IMG/VR virus record: IMGVR_UViG_3300005077_000052
Span: 1 to 37,153 of that record
DNA: 37,153 nucleotides
Reading direction: 5' to 3' (one strand)
Origin: a virus
Lineage: Duplodnaviria; Caudoviricetes
The notes under the pieces are model-generated. The model ran no database searches and was not told where the DNA came from. It worked only from the letters and a program-made list of their open reading frames with translations. Below are positions 34,431-37,153 of the stretch, piece after piece; within the stretch, counting starts at the first letter, position 1; each line of letters begins with the position of its first letter. Both the position numbers and the translations under genes were made by a program.

Positions 34431-35152
34431 CCCTCCATTTGATCTACATCTGCAATCTCTTCTTCAACTATATCCCTCTCAATCAACATCACATCTGTTT
34501 CAATAGCACTGAGCCAATTCTTAGCATTTTCCGTCCCCCTACTAAAACTTTCAAGTTGATATAAACTGGCACGGAGGAGAAGAGCTGGATGTTCAATAGT
34601 CCAAAAGTTTTCATCTGTGTTATTTGTAAGAACAAACTGATCAAAGAGACCACTAACTTCAATTACATAAGATTCATCAGCCGGAGGTGCTATAACTATG
34701 CCACGATAATCATATTTTGTATCTGATTCAGCCCAAGTTTTATCAATGAAAGTTGCTAAACTCCCCTTAGCTGTAGTTTCAAGAGCCATAAGTTCAGCAG
34801 GAGCGTAATAAATAGGTGCACCATTTGTAGTTGCTGATGCTGCCGAGCTGTATAATTCCTTCAACTCACTCAAACTTTTCTTTTCAAGTTTATATCTTTC
34901 AGTAGTATTAGTAGCCCAAACTTCCTTAATAGCCCTATTATGATATTGCCAAGTTAATGAATATTCTCCAGAACTTAAAGGGAGGTAGATTCTTGCAAAG
35001 GTGTTAGGAACTGAAACTAATCTATCCAATAATTTCTGTCCAGCATTTATATAAAAGTCAGCCCCATTATCTGCATATGCACTTGTGTTAATAACAAGAT
35101 CATACCTCCCTGAAAGTTTCACAAATTGAGTTCTTAAACTTAATAGATTCAT
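34427..35152 (-). CDS. Head-tail adaptor (tail tubular protein A-like)
   Basis: MNL..LR, YINAGQ, GAPIYY, IAPPADESYVIEV, HPALLL; position after the capsid gene. Confidence 0.65.
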   Translation of the reverse strand: MNLLSLRTQFVKLSGRYDLVINTSAYADNGADFYINAGQKLLDRLVSVPNTFARIYLPLSSGEYSLTWQYHNRAIKEVWATNTTERYKLEKKSLSELKELYSSAASATTNGAPIYYAPAELMALETTAKGSLATFIDKTWAESDTKYDYRGIVIAPPADESYVIEVSGLFDQFVLTNNTDENFWTIEHPALLLRASLYQLESFSRGTENAKNWLSAIETDVMLIERDIVEEEIADVDQMEG

Positions 35153-35160
35153 AATTAACC

Positions 35161-35376
35161 TTACAATTTCTGATTAATTGCCATAGTAATTATACGATCA
35201 ATTTCAGCTTCAGATGGATTACTTACTTTACTATACTTATTAACAATAACTCTCTTCCATTCCATAGCTTCAATCAACCAACCTTTTTCAGGATTCTGTG
35301 CATACATCTGAACAACTCTGGGAAGCTTGCCCAACTTACCATATTTTTGTTTGAGGTATGAAATTATCTTGTCCAT
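35161..35376 (-). CDS. Hypothetical protein
   Basis: AAGGA RBS favours ATG 35376; the listed upstream start lies within the palindrome. Confidence 0.6.
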   Translation of the reverse strand: MDKIISYLKQKYGKLGKLPRVVQMYAQNPEKGWLIEAMEWKRVIVNKYSKVSNPSEAEIDRIITMAINQKL

Positions 35377-35398
35377 AAAAATCCTTAAATTTTGGTTG

Positions 35399-35421
35399 CT
35401 GTATGCAGAAAATGCACACAG
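35399..35421. repeat. Dispersed palindrome copy 9 (CTGTATGCA GAAAA TGCACACAG)
   Basis: Read directly; arms extend TGGTTG/CAACCA; just past the capsid stop. Confidence 0.95.
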
Positions 35422-35442
35422 CAACCATTTTAAAAGTTAAAG

Positions 35443-36756
35443 TTAAACTGCGTTGTTAGAGCCGAGACCAGTAAGATATGCCCAACCAATAGGGTGGTGA
35501 TATTCAAGACCAGCTTCAGTCAGGAACTCTTCCTTAATGGCATCCCTTCTTGCCCACGTACCAGATTTCATCGAAGGATCGGAAATGAAGTGGGTGTCAC
35601 GATTGGTCAGAGGACGATACTTAACATTTTCAGGTTCAAAGATAACCATGTTATTAGTCAATGTAGTTTCATGGCTCATCAAGGGATGGGTCATCAAACT
35701 AATTTTCCCCAACGGAGTTACCCATTCAACTACATTAATGCCATAAGATTTGGTTGTCGGAGTGAAGGTATAATCCCCACCATTTTTCACAATCTTGTTA
35801 AGGGCCATAAGAGCACCATCACCACAGAAGGCCAGTTTATCTCTCTTCCCATAACGGAAGACAGTCTGCAACTGTGTATCAAGCCAATCTTCACCACCCT
35901 GTAGCCAGGTCTGTCCAGACCATGCAGCAGCAGTTGGATAGTTAGAAGTAGTACCAGCACTTCCACCAGCACCAGTGTAGCCGCCTTTAATTGCAGGGAT
36001 CAGGCCAAGAGTAGTTCTCAGTGGTTTACCATTAGTACCAATACCAGAAGAACTTACACCAAACAGGAATGCCTTCTCCATCTCAATGGAATGAAGTTCG
36101 AGGATTTCCCTCTTTAGTTCCTGATAAGCTTGAGGATTGGTTCTAAGTTTAGTTTCAAGAGCCGTACCAGTAATTTCAAGCGGAGTTCTGAAAATCTGCG
36201 TATAATTATACCATTCAGTAGGATCATAACTAACCACATCAGGAACAGCAGCACCTTCAGCATTAGCATTACCAATTACTATAATCCGATCACAGTCGCT
36301 CAAGTCATTAGTTAATGAATTATCATCAGCTTCAAGCAACTGACATTTTGCATAGCTACTTGCACCATTAGCAACACGCTCAGTAACAAGAGCATTAACT
36401 CCAACAGCAAGGTTACTTGTATACTGAAGCAGGACCTGATGACCAACTCTAATTTCACCTACCAAAGATTCAGCCATTCTAACATAAAGATTTGAGCCAG
36501 CAACACCTCCACTTACATAAGCTACAGAGAGAGCAGCATCAGTGTAAACACCAGTAACTGCACCAGCCTGAGTAGGCAGGGATTTAGTCCACCAATGGAA
36601 AACAGGATCAGTCACAGTTTCAGATTTCATCTTGCTCATCATTGCAGTTAGAGGAGCCGCACCGTTGGGGTATAGATAAAGAATCATCTCCCGCCAAGAT
36701 TCAGGTCTCTGATTAGCAACCCAATCACCAGTTCCACGCATACCGAAAAAAGCCAT
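35443..36756 (-). CDS. Major capsid protein (SU10/DUF5309-like)
   Basis: 437 aa; NYTQIFR, EMEKAFLFG, RTTLGL, TPLGKI, EFLTEAGLE; strong RBS. Confidence 0.8.
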   Translation of the reverse strand: MAFFGMRGTGDWVANQRPESWREMILYLYPNGAAPLTAMMSKMKSETVTDPVFHWWTKSLPTQAGAVTGVYTDAALSVAYVSGGVAGSNLYVRMAESLVGEIRVGHQVLLQYTSNLAVGVNALVTERVANGASSYAKCQLLEADDNSLTNDLSDCDRIIVIGNANAEGAAVPDVVSYDPTEWYNYTQIFRTPLEITGTALETKLRTNPQAYQELKREILELHSIEMEKAFLFGVSSSGIGTNGKPLRTTLGLIPAIKGGYTGAGGSAGTTSNYPTAAAWSGQTWLQGGEDWLDTQLQTVFRYGKRDKLAFCGDGALMALNKIVKNGGDYTFTPTTKSYGINVVEWVTPLGKISLMTHPLMSHETTLTNNMVIFEPENVKYRPLTNRDTHFISDPSMKSGTWARRDAIKEEFLTEAGLEYHHPIGWAYLTGLGSNNAV

Positions 36757-36795
36757 TTTATTTCTCCTTCAAATTTATTAAAAATTAGTTAAAAA

Positions 36796-37077
36796 TTAAG
36801 CATCAGTTACAGCATCAAAGTTACAAGCAGCTGTAGTTCCTACATTTACATAGAGACCTGTAGTTGCAGCTGCGACATCTGTATCAATAAATAAACAACC
36901 TTTAGCATATCCTTTTGTGGAATCAGTAGGAACACCAGTTCCAGTAGCCCACAAGATATACCCACTTCCATCACGAACCAAGACGTTAACTGCAGCAGCA
37001 GAGCCAGCAACTGCAGCTGAAATACTCTGACCTGCCACCCTTAAAACGTCTTGAACTTTACTTCCTAATGCAGCCAT
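36796..37077 (-). CDS. Small Ala/Gly-rich virion (decoration-like) protein
   Basis: GVPT...YAKGCLFIDTD...LYVNVGT; GGAGG RBS; upstream of capsid. Confidence 0.55.
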   Translation of the reverse strand: MAALGSKVQDVLRVAGQSISAAVAGSAAAVNVLVRDGSGYILWATGTGVPTDSTKGYAKGCLFIDTDVAAATTGLYVNVGTTAACNFDAVTDA

Positions 37078-37102
37078 TTAAACCCTCCTAAAAGCTTATT
37101 CC

Positions 37103-37125
37103 CTGTGTGCAAAAAATGCACACAG
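37103..37125. repeat. Dispersed palindrome copy 10 (CTGTGTGCA AAAAA TGCACACAG)
   Basis: Read directly. Confidence 0.95.
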
Positions 37126-37153
37126 CAATTTATTGATAACCTGATTTCCACTC

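Noticed and set aside
716-36315. Short antisense or alternative-frame ORFs in the track (e.g. 1873, 3085, 7589, 12067, 20288, 24024, 35494)
   Set aside because: Nested within longer motif-bearing genes, with no RBS or motifs
2874-37125. Palindromes as a CRISPR array (Cas4-like gene present)
   Set aside because: Copies are kilobases apart with no 30-40 bp spacers; no cas1/cas2; the Cas4-like nuclease sits in a standard Sak4/SSB recombination module
2874-37125. Palindromes as E. coli-type LexA boxes or lox/dif recombination sites
   Set aside because: Spacing is CTGT-N15-ACAG rather than N8; the 5-bp spacer differs among copies and is shorter than the usual 6-8 bp; no recombinase gene seen

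Overview
AT-rich tailed-phage DNA with podovirus-like organisation, probably most of a circularly permuted genome; no terminase large subunit, portal, integrase or lysis genes are recognisable in the window. The minus-strand left end carries a probable terminase small subunit and two signal-peptide proteins, one a beta-helix/polysaccharide-deacetylase fusion. A divergent control region (about 3.6-5.0 kb) holds sigma70 and sigma54 promoters, an IHF site, enhancer-like palindromes and short repeats. The plus-strand arm (4.2-22.4 kb) encodes small early genes, ATP-dependent ligase, Cas4-like nuclease, Sak4-like ATPase, putative SSB, a ParB-HTH-methyltransferase fusion, a UDG-PolA fusion, DEDDh exonuclease, MazG and a DUF3987-like ATPase. 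The minus-strand virion arm (22.4-37.1 kb) runs from major capsid through tail to ejection proteins. Most notable: (1) ten copies of a 23-bp palindrome CTGTRTGCA-N5-TGCAYACAG spread across the genome, one inside a gene, alongside a ParB-methyltransferase fusion (candidate parS-like loading system); (2) a cluster of four structured RNAs, two of them tRNA mimics without a normal anticodon loop; (3) a complete sigma54/IHF/UAS early promoter. All protein calls rest on motif recognition by eye; no searches were run.
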